Source of the DNA: Longimicrobiales bacterium
GTDB taxonomy: Bacteria; Gemmatimonadota; Gemmatimonadetes; Longimicrobiales; Gaopeijiaceae
Reading direction: 5' to 3'
NCBI GenBank assembly: GCA_965202985.1
Contig: CBDBCF010000002.1
Span: 832,001 to 896,000 of the forward strand
DNA: 64,000 bases
Position numbers and translations under genes: made by a program. Shown here in pieces: positions 37,960-48,600 of the stretch (position 1 is the stretch's first letter; the number at the start of each line of letters is the position of its first letter). The notes beneath the pieces are model-generated. The model ran no database searches, had not been told where the DNA came from, and saw nothing but the letters and a program-made list of their open reading frames with translations.

Positions 37960-39089
37960 ATCGGCGCGCGCCCGGCGTACAGGGCATCTTCGGAGGCGCC
38001 GCCGCGCCCGGCGGGCGCGAGTTCGACGGCGTCCAGCGGCTGGCGGTCTCTGGGGTCCGGCGGTTCCCGTCGCGTCCAGGGCGGCAGCGGCGCCACGTCG
38101 GCGGTCACGCAGGCCAGAGCCGCCAGCGGACGGGGGTCGGGCTCCATATCCAGTCGGCTTGCCGCTTGCTCCACGTCGATCCTTGCGGTCCGCTCCAGCG
38201 CCTGGACGCGGCGGTCCGGCAGCCCGGCCCGCGCGGCCCAAGACGCCAAGTGGCCCCTGTCGCAGCAGGATTGGCCCGGCGGCACCGCAGGAAGCTCGCC
38301 CAAGACCGGACCTCGACCCGCGGCCGCCAGCGACCGCGCCTCTGCCGCCGCGCGCCACAGCTCCCGGCACGTGGCGGCGCCCAGCTCCACCACGGGGACG
38401 CCGTGGCCGCGGGCCACGTCCCGCAGGTCCGACCTCTCTTGGCCGGATCGGCCGCCGGCAGCGGGCTCCGCACCCGACGAGACCAGCACGACGACCAGCG
38501 GCGCGCGGGCTGCCGTCGCAACGCTCGCCCCCTCGTGCCACGCGCCGGACTCCAGCGCGCGGCGGTCCTCGAAGACCAACGCCGCCCGATCCTCCGACCC
38601 GCGCACGAACGCCAATGCCGCGCCGGCCAGCACCTGGGTCATGATCCCCCGACCCCCGCTCCATCCGAACAGGCCCCGGCGCAGGTCCGTCCAGCTCGCT
38701 CCGCCTGCCCGGGCGGCAGCCGGACTCGTGCCCCGGCGTCCGGCCCAGCGCAGGAACTCGAGCGAAGTCGCGCCGAAGGCCAACGACGGCCCGGGAGACG
38801 CGGGACCCGGAAAGCATGCGTCTCCCCGGCCGTCCGAGCGCGGGCGCATGGCGGAGGCGACAACGGTGGTCCGAACGTCCACTCGAAGGCCCTCCCAGTC
38901 GCTGGACAGCTGTCCTGCACGGGCCAGTTCGCGAACCTTGTCCTCCAGAAAGCGTGCCTGAAAGACGCGGTAGAGCACGTCTTCCACGGCACCGGCCTCT
39001 TCCACCGGACGGGCGTCCTCCGCGGCCTGGGGTCGTTCGCGTTCGTCACCGGCTTCGGCGGGGACCGCCGCCGCCGGTTCGGAAGTCAC
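37956..39089 (-). CDS. Degenerate 2-oxoacid dehydrogenase E1 alpha-like protein (TPP motif lost)
   Basis: Position upstream of E1 beta; residual similarity (RFLEDKV, AGAALAF, GAWHEG, PLVVV, AAAEAR..GRGPVL) but GDG..NN motif replaced. Confidence 0.75.
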   Translation of the reverse strand: MTSEPAAAVPAEAGDERERPQAAEDARPVEEAGAVEDVLYRVFQARFLEDKVRELARAGQLSSDWEGLRVDVRTTVVASAMRPRSDGRGDACFPGPASPGPSLAFGATSLEFLRWAGRRGTSPAAARAGGASWTDLRRGLFGWSGGRGIMTQVLAGAALAFVRGSEDRAALVFEDRRALESGAWHEGASVATAARAPLVVVLVSSGAEPAAGGRSGQERSDLRDVARGHGVPVVELGAATCRELWRAAAEARSLAAAGRGPVLGELPAVPPGQSCCDRGHLASWAARAGLPDRRVQALERTARIDVEQAASRLDMEPDPRPLAALACVTADVAPLPPWTRREPPDPRDRQPLDAVELAPAGRGGASEDALYAGRAPI

Positions 39090-39102
39090 GACGGGCGAGC
39101 GC

Positions 39103-39510
39103 CTAGACGCCGGGAGGGGGCTGTTCGCCGGAAGAGCCGTCGTCGGGCACGGGGGCCGCCTCTTCCGGGGGCGCGTCGGTCGATTCGTCGTCGGCTGCGG
39201 GCTCCATCCCGGGCAGGATCGGCTGCGGCACCGTGGGAACGGGCTCCGTCAAGCCTTCCAGCACCGAGGTGGGCGTCACGACTCTGGACGACATGATGGC
39301 AAGGACCAGCGAGACGGCCATGAATACGGAGCCTGCCGTCCATGTGGCCCGCGTCAAGAGGGTCGTGGCTTGCCGTCCGCCCAGCACGTCCGTGGCGGCG
39401 GCGCCGCCGCCCATGGCCGCCAAGCCGCCGCCCTTGCCGGCCTGCAGGAGGATGACCACGCCCAAGAAGATTCCGTCGAGGACCAGAAGTCCCAGCAGCA
39501 GGTTGTACAT
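39103..39510 (-). CDS. secG: Preprotein translocase subunit SecG
   Basis: VILLQAGKGGGLAAMGGG, LTRATW, two TM helices. Confidence 0.93.
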   Translation of the reverse strand: MYNLLLGLLVLDGIFLGVVILLQAGKGGGLAAMGGGAAATDVLGGRQATTLLTRATWTAGSVFMAVSLVLAIMSSRVVTPTSVLEGLTEPVPTVPQPILPGMEPAADDESTDAPPEEAAPVPDDGSSGEQPPPGV

Positions 39511-39549
39511 TCGTCACGTCGCTCGAGTTCGGGTTCGCAGGTCTGCCGA

Positions 39550-39578
39550 ATTGTGCTAGCGAGCGCCCGTCGCGTCAA
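39550..39578 (-). promoter_or_regulatory. Putative sigma70 promoter for secG
   Basis: Minus strand TTGACG-17 nt-CACAAT about 40 nt upstream of the secG ATG. Confidence 0.55.
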
Positions 39579-39672
39579 TCTTCGGTGGCGACGCGCCGGG
39601 GGAGCATCGACAACGACTCCCGACCCCGCGTCGCCAAGTGCGCGGTCCCCGAGCAGCTCCCGTCGAGCTGTC

Positions 39673-42600
39673 TTACTCGAAGGCGATCCTGCCCGAGAGG
39701 CCGATGCGGCGTTCCGGGGGCTGGACGCCGCTGGCGACGTGCTCGCCGAACAGGTCCATCATCAGGCGCAGGCCCGGGGCCGCGGGCTCTTGCCCCGTGG
39801 TCTCGCCGCCCAGCAGCGACCACCGCGTCCCCACGTTCACCCGATGGCCCGTCGGTCCCTCGCGGCTCCACCGTCCGAACGGCTTGACCTGAGCGCCGCC
39901 GGGCAGGGCGAGGCCGTAGCTCACTTCCATCGCCACGCGGTCGGGCGCCCAGCCCGGCGCGCTTGCGGGCGCCAGAACGCCGGCGCTTGCCGGAAGACCC
40001 AAGCCGGGCGGCGAGCCGGCGGCCGCGGTGCCATCAGCAGCCGACGCGCCCTGGGCCGACGGGTCGTCCGGGTTGTGAGCAAGACCCGTGCCTGCCGGAA
40101 CGCTCGCGCCGACCGGCCGCGCAATCCGGCCCGGCGCGCCGAAGCCGCCCGCGCCCGCGGTCCGCCACACGTCGGCGCCCCCCTGCCACAGCGTCCGCGC
40201 GCCGCCCCCGGCGTCGCCCCACGTCGGCTCGACCGAGAACGACAGCCCGCCGCCCTCGCCCTCGCCGCCCCCGCCCGGCTGCAACCTCAGCGAGAACCCC
40301 GCGCCCCAGTCCTTGAAGTCGCGCTCCTGGTGCACCAGCAGCGCGCGGCCCCGCGCCGTCACGCTGAACCCGCTGGCCTGGTGCGCCAACCCCACCTCGG
40401 CGCCCGCCTCCGCGCCCATACCCGTCTCCGCGTCGCCACCGTCGAAGCGACCCCCCACCTCGAACCGCGTCCGCATCGCCAGCCCGCCGCCCAGCTGCCA
40501 CTGGCCGCCGATCTCCGGCGCCAGTCGCACGCGCTGCGCGTCCGCCGTCACGCCCGCCAGCCCCGCCACGTCGTCCGACAAGATGCGAACCGCGAAGGCG
40601 TCCGCCTTCAGCGCCAACCCGCCCACGAGCTCCTGGCGCACGCCCAGCGCGCCCATGCGCATCTCCAAGTCGGTGTCGAAACGGCCGCCAGCCGACTCAT
40701 CGAGCGTCGCGTCGCCGCGGCCTGCGCCCGCCAAGCCCCACACGCCGAAGCCGCCGCTGGACGACCAGTGCAGGTAGGGGTACAGGCTGGTCAGGCGTGC
40801 GTCCACCGAGCCCGCGCCGTTGATGCGGCTGTCGAAGCCGGCTTCCATGTCGCTGCGCGAGCCCGCAAGGCCCATCAGCACGCCGGATGCGAACCGGTAG
40901 TCCAGCCCCAGGTAGGCGGAGCGCGTGCGGCCGTCCATGGCGAAGCCGTCTCGGGGACGGCCCTCGAACTCGCCCAGGTTCGCCTGGCCCCACACCGTCC
41001 AGCCCGACCGGACAGCTTCGCTGGCTGCCGAGCCGGCCGAGCCGCCGAACGACAGCTGGAACGAACTCTGCGAGCGCAGGCCGCGGGCGTCGACGGGGTT
41101 GAACGTCAGGCCGCCCCGGTCGGCGCGAGCGCCGCGCTCGGCATCGGCTTGCTGTTGGCCCTGGTAGGAGCCGCCCATGCCGCCTGCGCCGCCCGCTGTC
41201 GGTTGACCGAATGCACCGCCCCGGCCGTCGCCGAACAGCAGCGCGGCCAAGTCGACAGTCCCGCCGGCCGCGTCCGGCGAGCCGGGGTGCGCGATCTGCA
41301 GCCCCAGCAGGCCCGTCGCGCCCCGCACCAGCGACTCGAGGCCGCAATGGCCCGAGCCGCCTGCATCGCCGTTGCCGCCACCTGCGGCCTGGCCCGAGCC
41401 GCCCGCGGCGGCATTGCCCTGGCCGTCGTCGGCTTGACCGTGCACTGCGTTCGCAACGTCGGCGAAGCCGCCGGCGCCGAATGCATCCGAGCCGCCCGTG
41501 CCGCAGGCCAGCGACCGCCCGCCGAGCTGCATGTGCGACCGGCCCAGCGCGCCCGACGACCCCAGCCCCAACCGCCCGCCGATCGCATCCACCGTCTCCG
41601 TGCCCAGCGACCTGCCGAACGCCGCCAGCGTCAGCTCCAACGCACGCGCACGCTCCGACCGCGACGCCTCCACCGTCACCCGCACCTGCTGCACCGCCGA
41701 CAGCCCGCCCGGATCGCTCGCGCGTACCGTCACCACGGCCTCGCCGATCGCCTGCGGCGCGATCGACAACCGGCCCGCGCCCGTCACCGTCGCAGCCGCC
41801 ACGGCCGGTGACGACGATTCGACCGCGTACGCCAGCGCGTCGCCGTCCGGGTCCCGGAAGTACTGCCCCAACTCCTCTTCCACAGCGTCGCCGTACGCCT
41901 CGAGCGTCTTCGGCGACATCGCGCCCACGGCCTCCGGGCCCTCGTTCACGTCCAGAAGCGTCACCGTCACCGCCGCCTCGGCCGTCAGACCGCCCGCGTC
42001 CGTCGCCCGCACCATCAGCGCGAACGCCGGCGGACCCGCCTCGTAGTCTTCGCCGCTCCCCACGTAGCGCACCTCGCCCGTCCCAGCGTCCATCTCGAAC
42101 CGTGCGGCGTCGCCTTCGGCCAAGCTGTACGCCGGCGCGTCGCCGCGGTCCGGGTCCGTCGCTTCGACCAAGCCCAGCGTCAGCGGCCCGGCAGCGTTCT
42201 CCGCCAGCTCGAAAGCGTACGCCGAGTCCGCGAACGACGGCGCTTCGTTCACGTCCAGCAGCGCGACCGTCGCGGCGACCCGCGCCGCCAGTCCCTCGCC
42301 GTCGGTCGCCACCACCTCGAACTCCCAGGACGCCGGGCCCGCCTCGTAGTCCTCGCCCGCGCCCGCGTACCGCACCTCGCCCGTAACAGCGTCCACCTCG
42401 AAGAGCGCCGCGCCTTCGCCCGACAGGCTGTACACGAGCGTGTCCGCTCGGTCCGGGTCCGCCGCCTCGACCATCCCCAGAACCAACGGTCCGGCGACGT
42501 TCTCCTCGAACTCCCACTCGTAGCGCTCCGCAGCGAACACGGGCGCCTCGTTGCGGTCCAGCAGCGCCACCGTCACCCGCGCAGACGCCGCGATGCCGCC

Positions 42601-45600
42601 GCGGTCCGTCGCACGGACCTCGAGCGCCCAGCTTTCCGGGCCCGTCTCCGCGTCCTCGCCTTCGCCCACGTACCGCACCTCGCCCGTAACAGCGTCCACC
42701 TCGAACCGCTCTTGGTCACCTTCGGCCAAGCTGTACGTCGGCGGGTCGTCCCGGTCCGGGTCCGTCGCTCGAACGACGCCCAGAACCAACGGTCCCGCAG
42801 CGTTCTCCGCCAGTTCGAACGCATAAGCGCTGTCCGCGAACGCGGGCGGCTCGTTCACGTCCGCAACCACCACCGTCGCCGTCGTCCGCGCCGTACGGCC
42901 TACCAGGTCCGTCGCCGTCGCCTCCAAACGCCACATGCCCACGCTCGTCTCGTAGTCCTCGCCTCCGCCCACATACCGCAACTCGCCCGTGCCAGCGTCC
43001 AGCTCGAACCGGTCGGCGTCGCCCGCCACCAGCGCGTACGTCAGCGTGTCGCCCTCGTCCAAATCCACAGCCTCCATCACCCCCAGAACCAAGGGACCCG
43101 CAACGTCCTCCGCCAGCTCGAACGCCCAACCGTCCTCGACGAACGACGGCGCCTCGTCGTTCTCGTTCACGACCTTCACCGTCACCTTCGCCGTCGTCTC
43201 GAGCTGCTCGCTTTCGCCCACGCCGCCCGTCACCGCCACCACCAGCATCACGTACTCCGAACGCTGCTCCGCGTCCTCGCCTCCGCCAACGTAAGTCACC
43301 AATCCGCTCGACACGTCCACCTCGAACAGCCCCTCGCCTCCGCTCTCCAACCCGTAGCGCATCTCGGCGCCCAACGGACTCGTCGCGACCACCTCGCCCA
43401 CCGGCAGCGGGCCCGCAACGTTCTCCGCCAACTCGAACTCGTACTCCAACCGACCGAACACCGGGTCCAGGCTGCCCGCGCCGTTCACCGCGTGGTCCGT
43501 CAAGTCCGTCACCGCGTGCGCGCCCAGGTCCAGCGCCGCGAGCGTCGTGCCGCCCGCGATCCGCAGCGCGCCCGCAGCCTCCGCCAGCGCGTCCGCCGGG
43601 ATGCTGATCCCGTCCGGGTCCCGGTCCGCCGGACGGACCACGTACTCGAACGCCAGCACCGCAGTGCCCGAGCCCGACACGTAGACCGCGTGCCGCGTCG
43701 TCCCGCCCACGTCGAGCGCCAGCCGCGCCGCAGCCGTGTTCGCAGCCGTCGCGGCCGTCATCGACGCCGCCAGCGCCGGCGACGACGACGCGCCCGCCAC
43801 ATCGACCGGCCGGCTGAACGTCACCTCGACACGGATCACGCCGCCCGCGCCGTACAGTCCCGTCGCCACCGGCTCGCTCGTCACCGCCACGCCCACCACC
43901 ACCGGCGCGACCTCGACCGTGCCGTCCACCTTGTCGTTCGCCGCAGCCGCGATCGCATGCGCGCCCAGCGCCAGCGTCGCCGGACGAACGCCGTCCGCCG
44001 TGTTCACGATCGCACCGCCGTTCAGCGTCAGCGCAGCAGCCGCAACGCCGACGCCGTCCGCGTCCGCGTCCACGCCGCCCGTACCGCTGCCGCCGCTGCC
44101 CGGGCCCTGCACACGGTACGCGAACGACAGCGTCGCCGTGCCGCTGCCGCCCGCGTAGCTCGCCTGACGCGCAACCGTCCCCACCGTCAGCGCCAGCTGC
44201 GGCGCGCCCGTCACCGTCACCGCACGGTCGAACGTCACCTGAACCTCGATCCGTTCGCCCAGCCCGTAGGTGTCCCCGCTCTCCGGCGCGCTCGACACCG
44301 CTACGCCCGTCACCGACGCGCCCGCCAACGTGCCGTCCACCTTGTGGCCCGCAGCCGCGCTCAACGCATGGCTGCCCAGCCCCAACGCCGCCGCCGTCGT
44401 GCCGTCGCGGGCATCCGCGATCGCGCCGCTGTTCAGCGCCAGCGCGCTCGCGCCGACCTCGATCCCGTCCGCGTCCGCGTCCGCAGCCACCACCGTGTAG
44501 CGGAACGTCAGCGCCCGCGTGCCCGTCCCGCTCGCGTAGTCCGCCTGCCGCGTCTGCGCGCCCACCGTCAGCGCCACCCGAGGCGTCCCCGTCACCGCCA
44601 CCCGACGGTTGAACGTCACCTGCACCTCGATCGACTCGTCCCGGCCGTACGTCGTCGCCACCGCAGGCGAACTCGTCAGCGACACGCCCGACACCGACGC
44701 CGCCGTGAACGTCCCGCCCGCAACCTTGTGGCCCGCGCTGTTCGTCACCGCGTGCGTCCCCAGCCCCAGAACCGCGTCCACCGTGCCGCCCGCCACGTCG
44801 ATCGTACCGCCGTTCAGCGCCAGCGCGCTCGCCGCGATGCTGATGCCGTCCGCGTCCGCGTCCGCCGTCACCACCACGTACCGGAACACCAGCGACGCCG
44901 TGCCCGTGCCCGAAGCGTACGACGCCTGCTTCGTTGTGCTGCCGATCCCCAACGCCAGCTGCGGCGTGCCCGTCACGTCCACCGCCTTGTTGAACACGAC
45001 CGTCGCAACCACCGTGTCGCCTCGCTCGAACGTGTCGCCGATCGGCGGCGACGCGATCGACACGCCGCTCACGCCCGGCGGGCCCTGAGTGCCGTCCACC
45101 CGATGGCTGCCCGCGTTCGATATCGCATGGCCGCCCAACCCCAGGCTCGCAGCCTCGTTCGCGTCGCGAGCGTCCACGATCGTCCCCCCGTTCAGCGACA
45201 ACGCGCTCGCGCCGATGCCGATCCCGTTCCCGTCCGCGTCCGCTGCAACCACCGTGTACGCGAACGACAGCACGCGGCCGCCCGTCGTCGTCACGTACGA
45301 CGCCTGACGCGTCTGCGTACCGATCGTCAGCGCCAACTCGGGCGAGCCCGTCACCGTCACGTTGCGGTCGAACGTCACCTCCACCTCGATCTCCTCGCTC
45401 AACCCGTACGTGCCCCCGCCCGCCGGACTGCTCGAAATCGTTACGCCCGACACCGACGCCGCCGTGAACGTGCCGCCAGCTACGCGCAGTGCGCCGTCGT
45501 TGCCGATCGCATGATGCGCCAGGCTCAGCAATGCGTCCGTCGTACCCCCCGCCACGTCGATCGTACCGCTGTTCAGCGCCAACGCGCTCGCGCCCACGCT

Positions 45601-48600
45601 CAACCCGTCCGCGTCCGCGTCCGCAGTCACCACCACGTACCGGAACACCAACGCCGCCGTGCCCGTCCCCGACGCATACGCCGCCTGCCGCGTCTGCCCG
45701 CCGATCCCCAGCGCCAGCTGCGGCGTGCCCGTCACGTCCACCGCCTTGTTGAACGTCACCGTCGCAACCACCGTGTCGCCACGCTCGAACGTGCCGCCCG
45801 GCGGCGGCGCCACCGTCAGGCCCGTCACGCCCGGCGGACCCAGCCCGCCGTTCACCTTGTGCGAAGCGTCGTTCGTCACCGCGCTCGAACCCAGCCCTAG
45901 CGACGCGGCAGCAGCGCCCGGACGCACGTCGGCGATCGCGCCGCCGTTCAGCACGAGCGCGCTCGCTGCGATGCTCAGCCCGTCCGCGTCCGCGTCCGAA
46001 GGACGGACCGCGTACCCGAACACCAGCGTGTCCGCCTTGCTCGTCGCCGACTCGTAGCTCGCCTGACGAGTGACCGTCCCGATCGTCAGCGCCAGCCGCG
46101 GCGTGCCCGTCACTGCCACCGGTCGGTCGAACGCCACCTTCACATCGATCGACTCGCCCAGCTGGTACGTCTGACCGCTCGCCGGAGCGCTCGATATCGT
46201 CACCGCGCTCACAGCCGGCACCGTGAACGTACTGCCAGACACCTTGTGGCCCCCGCTGTTCGTCACCGCGCTCGCGCCCAGCCCCAACGTCGCGTCCAGC
46301 GTCCCGCCCGACAGCCGGATCGTACCGCCGCTCAAGGTCAGCGCGCTCCCGCCGATGCTCAATCCGTCCGCGTCCGCGTCGCCGCTCGCCACCACGTAAC
46401 GGAACACCAGCCCCGTCGTGCCCGAACCGCTCGCGTAGCTCGCCTGCCTCGTCGCGCTCCCGATCGTCAGCGCCAGCCGCGGCGTGCCCGTCACGTCCAC
46501 CGGGCGGTTGAACTCCAGCTCGACCTCGATCGTCTCGCCACGCTCGAACACGTCGCCCACAACAGGCGAACCGATCGCCAGTCCCGTCACGCCCGGCGGT
46601 CCCACGCTCCCGTCCACCTTGTGCGCAGCAGCGTTCGATATCGCGTGCGTGCCCAGTCCCAACGTCGCCGCCGCCGTGCCGCCCGAAAGCACGATCGTTC
46701 CGCCGTTCAGAGCCAACGCGCTCGCTGCGATGCCGATCCCCGTCGAGTCAGCGTCCGCCGCAACCACCACGTAGCGGAACACCAGCGTCCGCGTACCGCT
46801 CCCGCGCGCGTAGCCCGCCTGACGCGTCAGCGTGTCGATCGACAACGCCAGCTGCGGCGTACCCGTCACCACCACCAAACGCTCGAACTCCACCTCCACC
46901 TCGATCGCCTCCGTGCGTCCGTACGTGCTGTCGCTCGCCGGCGCGCTCGATATCGCCACGCCGCTCACCCCAGGCGCCACCTCCTTCGTCCCGTCCACCT
47001 GGTACGCCACCGCGTCCGCGAAGTTCCACGGAACCAACGACAGCCGAGCGTCCGTCGCCGTCCCCGTCGCTCGAATCGTCGCGCCGCCCGGCAGCGTCAG
47101 AGCGTTCGCTCCGATGCTGATCCCCGTCGAGTCCGCGTCCGCCGCAACCACCGTGTAGCAGAACACCAAGATGACGCCGCCCGACGTGTCGCACAGCGCA
47201 GCGCTCCGCGTCTGCGCACCGATCCCCAAAGCCAGCCGCGGCGTGCCTGTCGCCGTCACGCCCGCGTTGAACCCCACCCCCACCCGAATCTGGTCGCCCA
47301 GTCCGAACACGCTGTCCGTGCTCGCGTAAGAAATCCCGCTGTTCGCCGCCGACATGAAGAACGCGCTCGTCACGTACGGTACGGCGCCCGAAACCTTGTG
47401 CGCCGATGCGTTCGAAAACACGTGCGACCCCAACGCCAGGTCCGCCGCGTCCGACCAGAGCCGACCGTCCACAAGCGTGTCCGCCGCGCTCACCGCCAAA
47501 GCGCCCGCACCCACGCTGATCCCGTCCGCGTCCGCGTCCGTCGCCTGTACCACGTACCGAAACGTCACACGCTTGAACGTCGCGTCCCTGCGGTTGTACT
47601 CCGCCTGACGCGTCGAGTCGCCGACCTCCAACGCCAGACGCGGCGTCCCCCCAACGTACACGCCCCGCACGAACTCCACCTCCACCTCGATCGCCTCGCC
47701 CCCCAAGTACGTGTCGCCCACCGCCGGACTGCTCGTTATCCTCAACCCCTTCACCACCGGCGTCGTCCGCGTGTTGCCCGCCACCTTGTGCGCAGCACTG
47801 TTCGCGATCGCATGGCCGCTCAGGCCCAACACCGCGTCCGTCGTCGTGCCCATCCGCCGGATCGTACCCCCGGACGGAGTCTCCAATGCGCTCGCGCCGA
47901 TGCTGATCCCGTCCGCGTCCGCATCCGTCTGGAACACTGTGTACTCGAACTCCAACGACGTCGTACCCGAACCCCTCTCGTACCACGCGTTCCGCAAGCT
48001 CGAGCCGATCCCGAGCCGAACCCGCGGCCTGTTTGCGCCCGTGCCCGTCACCGTCACCGCAGCGTTGAACTCCACCGTCACGACCACCACGTCGCTCAAC
48101 TCGAACGTGCTGTCCGTCGGAGCATCGCCAATCGACACCCCCGTCACCACCGGACGGTCGCCCGCAACCTTGTGCGCCCCAGCGTTCGCGATCGCATGAG
48201 TGCCCAGCCCCAGCTCCGCCGTCACCGTCCCGCCCGCCTTGTTGATCGTCCCGCCGTTCAATCCCAACGCGCTCGCTGCGATGCTCAACCCGTCCGCGTC
48301 AGCGTCCGTCGCCGCCACCGTGTAACGGAACGTCAGCGAATCCGTGCCGCTCCCCACCGCGTAGCCCGCCTGCCGCGTCGCCGCCCCGATCCCCAACGCC
48401 ACCTGCGGCGTCCCCACAACGTCCACCGCCTCGCTGAACTTCACCCACACCTCGATCCGATGGCCCACACCGTACGTGCCGTCCGAGCCCGTCACGCTCG
48501 CCAAACCCGCGCCCGCCACCACCGGCACGCCCTGCAAACCGTCCACCTTGTGCGCAGCAGCGTTCGCCACCGCGTGCGCGCCCAGCGACAAGTCCGCCCG

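Noticed and set aside
39089..39103. tRNA-Leu often found downstream of secG
   Set aside because: Only 13 nt separate secG from the next gene; no tRNA structure present
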